A DNA stretch of 64,000 nt from a virus (taxonomy: Duplodnaviria; Caudoviricetes): IMG/VR virus record IMGVR_UViG_3300003937_000325; one strand, written 5' to 3'. How positions within the stretch are numbered: position 1 is the stretch's first letter; the number at the start of each line of letters is the position of its first letter. The notes beneath the pieces were generated by a model. The model had not been told where the DNA came from, searched no databases, and worked only from the letters and a program-made list of their open reading frames with translations. The position numbers and the translations under genes are program-made. This document shows, piece after piece, positions 34,635-45,181 of the stretch.

Positions 34635-35494
34635 TATTGCGGATTAACATATTCATACCATTTTATACCGTTTGTAAGTTGTCCCACACGATTTCCTAAA
34701 CCGTATCCTTGAAACACTTGATACTGATAATTATTCACATCTAAATCAACCTTGTAATAAAAGTATTCAGTTTTATTAAATTTAAACGTTTCACTCATTT
34801 CAGATTGTGGTCGATTAATCATTCTAACAAATTGTCCTGTTTTGGCGTTAAAAAATTTAGCTGACATATAAAATGTATTGACATCAATATATTCTCTACT
34901 TTTTAACCAATAAATAAAATACCCTTCTTTATCACCTATAAAATCTAAATTAAAAGTGGGGGTCCTTATTATAACAGGTTTTGGTACTGATGGTGTTCCA
35001 ATGTCAACTTCTTGTTTTTCACCTTGCTGAGTAGGTATCACCAATGTGAAGTATAATCTTTGGTTTTCAGGTTGTGTAGAATCATAAAAGTCTAACTTAA
35101 AAAAACTCCTTTTAAATGAATTAGCGTAATAATACATTTCTTTATTAGTAAATGAAATTCCACTATATGTTTGGTAAACTGAGGGGTCCACATAATTGTA
35201 ACTTGAGACCCACATATTAGTATTTGCTGGTGTGGTATTATTAACGTCTATGGTCCTATTAAAAAAGAAAAACTCATAAGTCGTACTAGTTTTAGGTTCA
35301 TTATTAACCGTTAACCACTGAGTATGTGAATATCTAGTAGTCTCAAAATCCTCCACGGGATTAATGATTTCCTCAAGCACATCATTTTCATACTGTTTAA
35401 TTAAATCTTCCCTTCCGAAATTATCAAAGTCAATTTCCATAGGAAGATTAATATACGTATCTTCATTATTAACGGTAAATCTAAATTTATTCAC
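34634..35494 (-). CDS. Hypothetical structural protein (286 aa)
   Basis: Overlapping start/stop with neighbouring genes. Confidence 0.6.
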   Translation of the reverse strand: MNKFRFTVNNEDTYINLPMEIDFDNFGREDLIKQYENDVLEEIINPVEDFETTRYSHTQWLTVNNEPKTSTTYEFFFFNRTIDVNNTTPANTNMWVSSYNYVDPSVYQTYSGISFTNKEMYYYANSFKRSFFKLDFYDSTQPENQRLYFTLVIPTQQGEKQEVDIGTPSVPKPVIIRTPTFNLDFIGDKEGYFIYWLKSREYIDVNTFYMSAKFFNAKTGQFVRMINRPQSEMSETFKFNKTEYFYYKVDLDVNNYQYQVFQGYGLGNRVGQLTNGIKWYEYVNPQ

Positions 35495-37247
35495 AATTAT
35501 CTATTATTGGTTGAAAGATTATGTTATTGAAAACGTTATTATTTTTCATTAGTGGCGTTTGTAAGAATAATACATCAGCAAATGGGTAGTGTTCTCCGTT
35601 TAAAAATGGATAATTAACACCGTTACCACTTGAATCAACAAAACCGTAAGAGTATATGTCTCTCCATCTCCATTGTTGCTCATAGTTTGAAAAGAATGAG
35701 TAGTCTGGTACACCACTTACATCATTTTTATCACCCACTTCAATATAGTCTGAATACACTCTTAATTTTACCGAATGGTGTGGATTATACGTATAACCAT
35801 CAGGTAAATTAATATCCGTATTAGTTTTGAAAACATCAGTATTAAATGAAAATTTATGTGATATCGGTGAAAGCACAGTTTCTTTTTGGTCAAATTCATT
35901 CCACTCACAAACATCACCCTTTAATTCAGTACCGATAGGTAAATCTTTATTATAATAAAATCTAATATTTAATCCTGGTGGGATATCCCCTTGTTTATCA
36001 TAAAAATCAACATCAATATTATCTTTATTATTAAAATTTATTTTAGACCACCAATCATCCACACTGTTTTCTAAAAAATTAAAACCCCATCCAACTTCTA
36101 ACCCTTTAGTTGGTTGAATACCGTCAACACGTGGTTTATTAAAATAACCAATATAACCTTTATTAATAATGGTAATAAATAATTCAGTTACAGGTCGGTC
36201 TAAATTATCCATTAAAGAAATTATATCGATATCTTTATCGAAAGATACTCCGAATGTTCCCCTACCATCTTTAATAGATATTCTTGAAACCTCATTAGGA
36301 GTCAATGCAGAATATTCTAATTTTTTATTGACAGGAAAATTATTTTGTTCAAACCCCATTTTAGTTAAATCTACATTTGAAACATCCGTTAAAGTTTTAT
36401 GTTTTCTAACATAGTACTTAGACATTGTTTCTCCTGAGTTTTTAGGGTTTATAACACGTTTTAAATTTGACATATATCCGTCACTAATTGTTACCCCAGT
36501 AAAACCATAGTTATATACATTAAGAATTTTATCGTCATTTCCATATGCTTGGTCACCTAAACTATAAACCTCAAGAAGGTTACTACCATTTATTGGCGTA
36601 TTTAAATAAATGTAATCCCCCTGTTTTATATTATGTTTATAACCGCAATAAAAACTTAACATATTCTTACCGTTCACCACTCGGTTTTTAATTGTGTAGG
36701 GTATACCTTCTGAAACTTGAAACGATATATCCGTACCACTTTCCTCATCAGTATATTTCATTATTTGATTATAATCGTTACTATGTGGATACGTTAGGTA
36801 GGTGGACCAATTATAAGTTGATGCGCTCTTACTTTTATATATAATATGTCCAGGGACTGCACTTACTCTAAAAAAATTAAATTCATCATACGGTGGGTAA
36901 CCTGTCCAAACACAATTTGCTAAGACCCCGTAAGCATCTACTACAGTCTTAGTCGGGTCAATTAAATATAATTCATTCTCAAACGGTTGATAGTTATTTG
37001 TTTTACCTGAAACGATATTATCAAACAGATTAACTATTTTTCCGGCGATTCTAAACTTAGTCGATATTTGTCTTTCGTGGTCAAATCTTTCCTCTAAATT
37101 TAATAAAACAGTTCTATCACCTTCGATAATACTTTTTTTGGTATTCTCTATAGGTACTTGGATAGATAAGTCCGTGTCGGGAGCACCTGCGTATCTGTCA
37201 GAACCCCTAACAATCCTTATTGTTTGATTATTTTTTTGATTACCCAT
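35487..37247 (-). CDS. Hypothetical structural protein (586 aa)
   Basis: Overlapping start/stop with neighbouring genes. Confidence 0.6.
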   Translation of the reverse strand: MGNQKNNQTIRIVRGSDRYAGAPDTDLSIQVPIENTKKSIIEGDRTVLLNLEERFDHERQISTKFRIAGKIVNLFDNIVSGKTNNYQPFENELYLIDPTKTVVDAYGVLANCVWTGYPPYDEFNFFRVSAVPGHIIYKSKSASTYNWSTYLTYPHSNDYNQIMKYTDEESGTDISFQVSEGIPYTIKNRVVNGKNMLSFYCGYKHNIKQGDYIYLNTPINGSNLLEVYSLGDQAYGNDDKILNVYNYGFTGVTISDGYMSNLKRVINPKNSGETMSKYYVRKHKTLTDVSNVDLTKMGFEQNNFPVNKKLEYSALTPNEVSRISIKDGRGTFGVSFDKDIDIISLMDNLDRPVTELFITIINKGYIGYFNKPRVDGIQPTKGLEVGWGFNFLENSVDDWWSKINFNNKDNIDVDFYDKQGDIPPGLNIRFYYNKDLPIGTELKGDVCEWNEFDQKETVLSPISHKFSFNTDVFKTNTDINLPDGYTYNPHHSVKLRVYSDYIEVGDKNDVSGVPDYSFFSNYEQQWRWRDIYSYGFVDSSGNGVNYPFLNGEHYPFADVLFLQTPLMKNNNVFNNIIFQPIIDNCE

Positions 37248-40200
37248 TTAAGTCAGCATTAAACATATATTTAGTTATGAATAAATTCATTGCACTTTTA
37301 CCTTTTTTTAATCCAAAGTAATTTTGGAATGGTGAACCCACACGATACCCGTCGCCATAATCGCCATCTGGTGGTGGAGTACCCGAAAAGATACCTAATG
37401 TTCGATTAAATAAGAATCCTGTTCCAAGTCCATCTTGAGGTCTGGGATAATTATTAGCCCCATCAAATGTTTCATCTTGGTATTTAGCTGTTATCGCGAC
37501 TTCTGTTTGCCATGTATTTTCCTCACTACCCCAAACACTTCCTCCTTCGTATTTCCACCCATAATGTGGTATAATTTGACTACCAGGGTATTTAAAATCA
37601 CTTGTTATAAAAGGAGATGGCTCATTAAAAGTTAATTGTCCCGGACCTAATATCCTTCTATCTTCGACTGTACTACCACCAACTGTATTATAAATACTTT
37701 TAGTACTACCTGTAAACCATATTCCCATTAAACTTTGATTAACTGAAATACTATCATAATAGTTTCCTGATAGATAAGGTAACACCCCAAACTCAGTATT
37801 AATAGAAATCATTTGAGCGTAGTCCCCATCGATTCTAGAATCAGTAAATTGGTTTAGTAGGTTAGATTCCGCGTCCCTTGAAAATAATTTTTGTATTGAT
37901 GCGTCACCAACACCTAATAAATTTTCTAAGAAATTTGAGTCTATCAATCTCGATATTATAAATAAATTTAAAACACCTGATACATCTTGAAAAGATGTTG
38001 ATTCTATTTCATCAATGATATATCCTTGAAATTCAGGAGTTAATAAAATTTCTTTTAAGAAATCAGTTTTAGGTCCTAAATCCATTATAGTTGTCGGTTG
38101 AAAAATATTACCCTTGTTAGCACCTATCGTAGCTAATCCACCAAAAAACCCATAGTTACATTTTTTTGATGGTACAAAATCACCATTATAGAAAGGGGTG
38201 GACCTATAAAAGAATGAATTAGTGTCGGTATTGTAATAAAGTGGTCCACAATTTTTCTTAGTCGTCTCAAGCAACCCACCTTCACCACTTTGAGGGTCAC
38301 CACAATACTTATAACGTTTTACCTCATTATCAGTATTATAGAAAGTTCTCTTTTGAAATGACGGCATATATAACGTTCCGTTAATCCAATTGTTTTGGAA
38401 TGAATGAGCAATTACACCTCTACACGCGGCAAACATAAATTTAATTCTAGTTCTCCACTCAAAAAGATATGCAAAATCACCTTTAGACCCAAACAGACTC
38501 ACAATAAGAGGATTATCCACATAAACATAACAACCCCCTTGTGTCCTATCAAATTCACTACAATTTGGGTCCACACCAAAAGTATCACCCTCTCCTTTAT
38601 AACATTTAAGGACAACCAACCCATCACACGTAAAAGTTTGTAACACGTCAGGAAGAAAAGCGGTGTCTGGGTCAGACTCTAAATCACCTTGACCACCTGA
38701 ACTATCGTTAGAAGTATTTGCACCGTCAGCACCTACTAATGTACTTTGTCCATTATCACCAATATACCAATAAGCAAACGTTTCATTCAACATAAATGGA
38801 AAATCCTGATAAGTTCTTAAATCGGAGTCAAGACCCGTATCTCTATACGATGAAGTAGGTAACCTATCAGACCTAAATATTAATTGTGTAGGGTCATTTA
38901 TCTCAATGGTCGGAGTATTTCCACCAGGATTTAATGGGTCTTCATTTAACCAATATGATGGTGCAATAGTAAAACCTTTTTGACTATTATCATTACTATC
39001 TATTGGATAATTAGGACTTTGATTCGTCCATTGGTATGATGCTCCATCAATACGTCCCTGACCGTTATTCGTAAGATAAGTACTACTTATTGAATAGACT
39101 TTATTTGGTTGTACACCTGAAGTACTTGCAGGAGGATATGTCGGGGTACTAGAATTAGAATTAACTACTTTACCATCAGGGCAACCCATATTACCAATAG
39201 GGGCTGGTGAGGATAAATTACCACCCCATTGTTCACCTAATGATGAGTAATAGGCAAATGCCGTTGTCTCAAATGTTGTAAATGAGTTTATTAATGATAT
39301 ACACCAAGTACCAAGACCACCTGAGGTTCCAGGGATAAATGTCGAACTAACAATCTCAAATGAAATATCTCCGTTTGCTGAGTTATATGAAATAACAGTA
39401 CCTATTATAAAATTTGAATCATCTAAAGAAAATTTTATAGTTTCTCCCGCAACATACGGTAGACCCGCACTTATTGTACAACCAGTAGTTGTATTTGGTG
39501 TTTGAGGTAATTTAAAATTTTGTGAAGTACAATCTTCATATGCCGTACCAATGTTAGGAGGAGTAAACAAAAAAGATTTATGAAATAATTTACCATTACT
39601 ATTACCTATCCCACCATTATTAAATTGGAGTCCAACTAAATTTTCGTAGTGAGTTTCAGGTGCATAAATATCCGTAGGGTTAGTCGCACCAATAGGTATA
39701 TTTGGGAAGTAATCACCCTCAAAAACGGTTTGAACATGAGTACTAGTTATCGAGTAATTCGTATTACCAAACAACATAGACATATTAAATTTCATCTTTT
39801 GTCTTGGGGCGAAGGGGTCAACACCCTTAGTTAGGAAATATATTTTTAAATCTTTATATTGTTCAAAATATTCTGTCCATGATAGTGATTGAATAGACAT
39901 TGAATTGAGTAGTGATACTTGCCTATAACATAATATTTGATTAACTTTACCTATCAAATAATTCCATAATATGGACCTAGTTTTGTAAATTTGGTTCGAA
40001 CTGTATCCCGTCATAATATCAATCGCCTCACCTATCGTAACACTTCCGATTACTTGGTGATACTCAAGACCCATTTTAAAATTATATGACAATCCTGAAA
40101 CAGGTGAGTAGAAATCTATATCAGCATTCTGAGTATTACCATCAGGTTTCATATATGTTATTGCATTTGTAACCTGAACATAATTAGACGAGTTGTGGGT

Positions 40201-42705
40201 CATAGTACCCTCAATACTTTGGTACCCGTATTGGTTAATTGTTAAACCAGTATTATTAACGTTTTCATCAGGTACCAATTCAGGGTCTACAAAACTTAAT
40301 AATTGTCCATTATCCATATTGACTTGACCATCAGTAACCATTATAAGAGGCATATCTTCATACCGATTTCTAGTAGCGGTTATCGGTGGGTCAGAGACAC
40401 CATTAGATGCGAATTGGTTGTTTGTAAACTCAACTTGCATACGATTTGGTAAATTATTAAAAACTGTATTACCGTCACCATCATCAATATTTTGAAAATA
40501 TCGTTCCCTTTGATTCATTAAATTTACCGCTTGAGGTACTGTTACGTGATAAGGAATTCTTGTTCTAGGGTTACCGGGGGTTGGGTCCTGTAAAGAAATC
40601 GGACTTTTATACCACCTATTACTTGGTTGAGGTAAATCATTCGTACCTGGACCTGAAATTTCAGCGTCAGGGTCATACCCTGAGAATATAACCATGTTGT
40701 AATTTTCTGGCGCACCGTCATCACTTGTACCGTTATAACAAGAGTTACAAATCTGCGTATTAGAACCCGCACCATCTAGTTGGACTCCATTTGGTAGCGT
40801 AGAATTCCTACATTCAATTGGTGCGTCATACGCTCCAATACTAACAAAATCCGCTAAATTACTTTCGTTGTTATTTGCTAATACCACATTCATATCATCA
40901 AGAGTCTCACTCTCGGCGGGAGGTAACGTCGCTTCTTTACAGTTACAAGCCTCACAATCGGGATAAGTTATCATAGGTAGTGTTAACCTCTTGAATGGGT
41001 TATCTTTAGGTAATGGAGTAATTGTTTCTTTTTTACAATCACTCTTTTTTAATTTTCTACTTAGAAATGCAACAACCTTACAAATACCATAAACTAACTT
41101 GTTTATAATCCATAAAACAAAATTAATTATTACCCTAAAAATTGGATATAGTAACGCTAAAACGTGCATTATAGGTAAAATAACCACAATAATCGGTGTA
41201 ACGATAGTTAATAGAATATTAAATAAAAAGTACAATAAATCAAAATTTCGCTGTCCATCATTTGTTGGAAACCTATTATTCTCACTCGCACATGACTTGT
41301 CTAAAATTTCTTTTATACCGTAATGTGACGCCCTATTAATACCGTATTTCCAACGGTCAATATGTGCCGCTGTTGTATATACCTTATTATAACCAAACAA
41401 ATAAAATGTGTCTTCACATTTTATTGCGGAATCTTTATCATAATAATCCGACCAATCTAATGAAAACGAATATGATTTATTTCTATTTATAAAATTGGTA
41501 TTGGAACCCATATTAGGCGCGGTGCCACCTGTCCAATGTTCTTTTATATTTGGAATTAAATAATTGGCCCTCATTATTTGAGTTTGTAGTCCCGCCTCAT
41601 TTTGCCATTTAACTTTAAACCTATACTTAGATTTAGTTGGTATACCGACTGTTGGGTCAACTGAAATAACTCGTTCCCCGAACTCGTTAGTAGTTACATA
41701 ATCTAAGTTCATCGGTAGGTCAATTAACCAAGCACCGTTATCATCTATAACATTACCACCATCCTCTAATTGGTATTGTTCAAGTACTGGGTCACCATTC
41801 TCATCTTCTTGTATCGTTTGTCTTATGGCTAAAATCTCTCCAGGACCTGCAACCATATCACATAGGTTACCCGTATCTTTTTTAGGTCTACAATTGGCTT
41901 TGATATATTCATCATCATTTGATGACGTAATTGAACCCATGAAAGTTGAATGAGGTAAGATTTCAATACCCTGGTCAGATAAATCAAAATCGACCCTAGT
42001 TATTCCAACGTCACACATCTCATCTTGTCCCCAAAATGAACTAACATCTATATCTTTTATTTCGTGAGCTATCTGTGGTAGTGAGTCAATATTTTCAGAA
42101 TCTTTAAATAGTTGACCATTAAATTGAGATTTAACCCCTCTACCCATTCTAATTAAATCGGAAGGCCTTAATGAAAACTCACCCATATTAGACAGGTCTA
42201 AATCCATAACAATTTTTTGACTACCTAACGGTACCCCCACAATCATAAAATCACCTGACGCATTGGTTCTTACAGAATACTTATAATACTTTTCATAAAC
42301 CTGTAAAACTTCTTTACGTGTTAATACATCATCAACCGAAGGGAACGTCCCCGTAGCATTGTGTCCATAGTACTCATCTTCATAAGGTAAAAGATTATAA
42401 CGATACCCATCCTCATTTTTAGTGGTTGGTGTTTTATATGGGTAAAGTGTAGATATTATCGGGTCTTCTTCATCCACACTATCTAAAGGTATAAAAATAG
42501 AAATATGGGCGTTAGGTACACCTAACCCCCCATTGGCGATAACACGACCTACAACGACCCCATAGTCGGCACAAAACTGTGTGTATAAATCCTCTTGTCT
42601 TAATTTTAAAGACAGAATTTCTAACGAATCAAAATCTTGGTCAATTTTAACATTAATATTTCTATCAACACCAGGTTCTGTTCTTATTCTAATTGATTTC
42701 GGCAT
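37240..42705 (-). CDS. Large tail/baseplate-associated protein (1821 aa) with carboxypeptidase-regulatory-like N-terminal domain and a long hydrophobic segment
   Basis: GVVVGRVIANGGLGVPNAHISIF...TNASGDFMIVGVPLG; hydrophobic run LLYFLFNILLTIVTPIIVVILPIMHVLALLYPIFRVIINFVLWII. Confidence 0.55.
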   Translation of the reverse strand: MPKSIRIRTEPGVDRNINVKIDQDFDSLEILSLKLRQEDLYTQFCADYGVVVGRVIANGGLGVPNAHISIFIPLDSVDEEDPIISTLYPYKTPTTKNEDGYRYNLLPYEDEYYGHNATGTFPSVDDVLTRKEVLQVYEKYYKYSVRTNASGDFMIVGVPLGSQKIVMDLDLSNMGEFSLRPSDLIRMGRGVKSQFNGQLFKDSENIDSLPQIAHEIKDIDVSSFWGQDEMCDVGITRVDFDLSDQGIEILPHSTFMGSITSSNDDEYIKANCRPKKDTGNLCDMVAGPGEILAIRQTIQEDENGDPVLEQYQLEDGGNVIDDNGAWLIDLPMNLDYVTTNEFGERVISVDPTVGIPTKSKYRFKVKWQNEAGLQTQIMRANYLIPNIKEHWTGGTAPNMGSNTNFINRNKSYSFSLDWSDYYDKDSAIKCEDTFYLFGYNKVYTTAAHIDRWKYGINRASHYGIKEILDKSCASENNRFPTNDGQRNFDLLYFLFNILLTIVTPIIVVILPIMHVLALLYPIFRVIINFVLWIINKLVYGICKVVAFLSRKLKKSDCKKETITPLPKDNPFKRLTLPMITYPDCEACNCKEATLPPAESETLDDMNVVLANNNESNLADFVSIGAYDAPIECRNSTLPNGVQLDGAGSNTQICNSCYNGTSDDGAPENYNMVIFSGYDPDAEISGPGTNDLPQPSNRWYKSPISLQDPTPGNPRTRIPYHVTVPQAVNLMNQRERYFQNIDDGDGNTVFNNLPNRMQVEFTNNQFASNGVSDPPITATRNRYEDMPLIMVTDGQVNMDNGQLLSFVDPELVPDENVNNTGLTINQYGYQSIEGTMTHNSSNYVQVTNAITYMKPDGNTQNADIDFYSPVSGLSYNFKMGLEYHQVIGSVTIGEAIDIMTGYSSNQIYKTRSILWNYLIGKVNQILCYRQVSLLNSMSIQSLSWTEYFEQYKDLKIYFLTKGVDPFAPRQKMKFNMSMLFGNTNYSITSTHVQTVFEGDYFPNIPIGATNPTDIYAPETHYENLVGLQFNNGGIGNSNGKLFHKSFLFTPPNIGTAYEDCTSQNFKLPQTPNTTTGCTISAGLPYVAGETIKFSLDDSNFIIGTVISYNSANGDISFEIVSSTFIPGTSGGLGTWCISLINSFTTFETTAFAYYSSLGEQWGGNLSSPAPIGNMGCPDGKVVNSNSSTPTYPPASTSGVQPNKVYSISSTYLTNNGQGRIDGASYQWTNQSPNYPIDSNDNSQKGFTIAPSYWLNEDPLNPGGNTPTIEINDPTQLIFRSDRLPTSSYRDTGLDSDLRTYQDFPFMLNETFAYWYIGDNGQSTLVGADGANTSNDSSGGQGDLESDPDTAFLPDVLQTFTCDGLVVLKCYKGEGDTFGVDPNCSEFDRTQGGCYVYVDNPLIVSLFGSKGDFAYLFEWRTRIKFMFAACRGVIAHSFQNNWINGTLYMPSFQKRTFYNTDNEVKRYKYCGDPQSGEGGLLETTKKNCGPLYYNTDTNSFFYRSTPFYNGDFVPSKKCNYGFFGGLATIGANKGNIFQPTTIMDLGPKTDFLKEILLTPEFQGYIIDEIESTSFQDVSGVLNLFIISRLIDSNFLENLLGVGDASIQKLFSRDAESNLLNQFTDSRIDGDYAQMISINTEFGVLPYLSGNYYDSISVNQSLMGIWFTGSTKSIYNTVGGSTVEDRRILGPGQLTFNEPSPFITSDFKYPGSQIIPHYGWKYEGGSVWGSEENTWQTEVAITAKYQDETFDGANNYPRPQDGLGTGFLFNRTLGIFSGTPPPDGDYGDGYRVGSPFQNYFGLKKGKSAMNLFITKYMFNADLNG

Positions 42706-42776
42706 AATTAGTTTTTAAGATAAATAGTTATTCATCCTAATTTTAATTTGATTTTGTCAAAAGTATATGGATAGAT

Positions 42777-44615
42777 TTAAGAGAAGTCGACATTTTTAAG
42801 TGACTTAGCCCTTACTTTGATATCGTTATCGGGAAAACGAATTTGATACACCTGATTTGGTTGAGCAAAAATGGTATCATCAATTAACTTTATTTCTTTT
42901 GTTTGACTATCAGAATATCTTTGTGATGTTTGCGAATTAGAGTACCTACCCCCAACTTTTCCAAAAACCTTTAAGTCAGATAATGAAATAACACCTGGAA
43001 TATCTTGAACGATTCTTCTAACATCTGAAACATTAACATTACTACCTAACTGTTGTCTTTGAGGTGAAAAATAACTATCTACAGAATTAATAATATTTGT
43101 GATAATTTGCCCTTGATTTTGAGTCGAATCCATAACAACTGATAAGTCAAATTCTAAATCCACTACGTTTGCACTTGATATGGAGATATAATCATTTATC
43201 ATCCTATAATGTGATAAATAATTAGCAATATTTTGTTTTAATGTATTAGATACCGATTCAGTTAACTTACCTTGGGTGTCGTATGAAAGAATTTCAATTT
43301 TTATTTTATTATCTTCTTCAGTAATCGCAGCCTTAGCAGGTGCACCATATCTACTCGGCATAGTTCTAACTAATGAATTATAATCATTAACCGTTACCGC
43401 TCTTTTTTGTGCGGCAAAATTAAAGGATACCATATTTCTAACTTCCTCAGCAGTTGGTAAATCACCTCCACCGATTGCCGCGGTAACATTATTAGTTCTT
43501 AAACTTTCAATTACATTTTGACTAATTGTACTTGACGGTCCATTTACATCAAAAAATGTTGTACCAAATTGAGTTAATGTATCAACACCAATATTAGACG
43601 CCTTACCACCACCAACTCTATATTGTACAAATAATGTCGTGTTAGCCCTAACAGTAACACCTAAACCAATATTATTTTGATAATCTTGTATTCTTAACGG
43701 AACTCCCGTTCTTGTGAATTCTTGTAACTGTTCTTCAGGTGTTGTAGTACCACCACCAAAATTTATTTTACAATACCCTTCAGGTGTATATTCAGAAACA
43801 AATCGTGTTTCAGTCTCAATATACTTCCCAACTTTAATACCTGGTTGGTCAGCAGGTTTAGTTGGGTCCTCAACAAATATTTTAGACTCAGCCAACGCAT
43901 CGACTTCATACCATTTGTTAGTTGAACTTATAAATTCATCATATGTAGGTGGAGACTGATAGTTAACCCCATCTTTTTGTATTATAGAAGTTATACTAAT
44001 AACATTCTTTTCAGGTAAAAAGAATTCAAAAAATGGTCTAACATCGTTATTATTAATAACCTTTTTAAAAGTTTTAGTTAAACCATTAACTACAACCTCT
44101 CTTTTGGTCATAGTATAATTTATTAAACGATTATTGGCGTCAAAATTTGGTGTCTTAGTACGATTCGGGTAACCTTCACTATTATACTGTGAACTAAACT
44201 CAATGTCATTAGGGTTCTCAAATACTTGACCCCCACCAATAAACTGAGAACCCGCTCTCATAGTACCCAAATATCTCTCATCTTCTTGGTCACCTAAAGC
44301 CGGTACTGTAATTGATACATCAACTAAAGCGATGGAAGGTCTATTACCGGGTATTTTTAACCCATACGTTCTTGCGATATTATATATTGATGACTTCTGT
44401 TGAGCATATTGAAGTACCGTTTCTTGTATACTACGGTCCATATGGTAATGTAAGTTATCACCAATCGCAGCGTTTAAATCCATAAATACCGAATAAATGG
44501 ATGCGTCATTAAAATTACCTATTAAATCAGGGTAATATTGTTGAGTGTAATTTATCAATTCCTGTCTTAAGGATTGAAAGTCTCTATCTGTGTATGAAAT
44601 TTTACGGTTAGCCAT
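42777..44615 (-). CDS. Baseplate wedge subunit, T4 gp6/Baseplate J-like
   Basis: YTDRDFQSLRQEL...IYNIARTYG; C-terminal QKRAVTVNDY; adjacent to the gp25-like gene. Confidence 0.75.
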   Translation of the reverse strand: MANRKISYTDRDFQSLRQELINYTQQYYPDLIGNFNDASIYSVFMDLNAAIGDNLHYHMDRSIQETVLQYAQQKSSIYNIARTYGLKIPGNRPSIALVDVSITVPALGDQEDERYLGTMRAGSQFIGGGQVFENPNDIEFSSQYNSEGYPNRTKTPNFDANNRLINYTMTKREVVVNGLTKTFKKVINNNDVRPFFEFFLPEKNVISITSIIQKDGVNYQSPPTYDEFISSTNKWYEVDALAESKIFVEDPTKPADQPGIKVGKYIETETRFVSEYTPEGYCKINFGGGTTTPEEQLQEFTRTGVPLRIQDYQNNIGLGVTVRANTTLFVQYRVGGGKASNIGVDTLTQFGTTFFDVNGPSSTISQNVIESLRTNNVTAAIGGGDLPTAEEVRNMVSFNFAAQKRAVTVNDYNSLVRTMPSRYGAPAKAAITEEDNKIKIEILSYDTQGKLTESVSNTLKQNIANYLSHYRMINDYISISSANVVDLEFDLSVVMDSTQNQGQIITNIINSVDSYFSPQRQQLGSNVNVSDVRRIVQDIPGVISLSDLKVFGKVGGRYSNSQTSQRYSDSQTKEIKLIDDTIFAQPNQVYQIRFPDNDIKVRAKSLKNVDFS

Positions 44616-44621
44616 ATACTA

Positions 44622-45083
44622 TTAAATATTTATAATCACGAAATCTTTTGATGAAAATGTACCACTAACAATTGTATAGTCAATTCTTAACTTTGCAGTA
44701 TACTCAACCGCACTATCACTAGCTACTCTAAAAATTTGACCACCTAACTCATCATAGTTTATTTCACCAGGTAAAGGTTCCGCCTCTACATAAGGTTCTA
44801 TTGTAATATCATTTATTTGTAAATTAGGTATATACTTATCTACAGCTTGTCGGACATCGGCTTTTATAGCATCGAATGTTGGTCCATCCATTGGTTCAAA
44901 AATAAACTCATAAATACGAGTTCCAAAATCAGGTAAATAATATCTACTTCCTTTCCTAGTTAATATTAAATGTAGTAAATCTGCCCTAATCTCCTCATCA
45001 GTTGATTGAGTCAATCTAAGGTAGTCCCCTTGTAAACTATCCCTGAATGGAAAGAATACACCGTATGTTTTACCGTTCGCCAT
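44622..45083 (-). CDS. Baseplate wedge subunit, T4 gp25-like
   Basis: IRADLLHLILTRKGSRYYLPDFGTRIYEFIFEP. Confidence 0.85.
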   Translation of the reverse strand: MANGKTYGVFFPFRDSLQGDYLRLTQSTDEEIRADLLHLILTRKGSRYYLPDFGTRIYEFIFEPMDGPTFDAIKADVRQAVDKYIPNLQINDITIEPYVEAEPLPGEINYDELGGQIFRVASDSAVEYTAKLRIDYTIVSGTFSSKDFVIINI

Positions 45084-45127
45084 ATTTCATAAATATAAAC
45101 ACAGATTATTTTATCTAAATATAAAAG

Positions 45128-45155
45128 AAAAAAGGTTAGACGAATCTAACCTTTT
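45128..45155 (-). terminator. Intrinsic terminator downstream of nrdA
   Basis: AGGTTAGA-TTCG-TCTAACCT followed by a T-run on the minus strand. Confidence 0.8.
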
Positions 45156-45181
45156 CACATAAAATACTATTATTTTATTCC

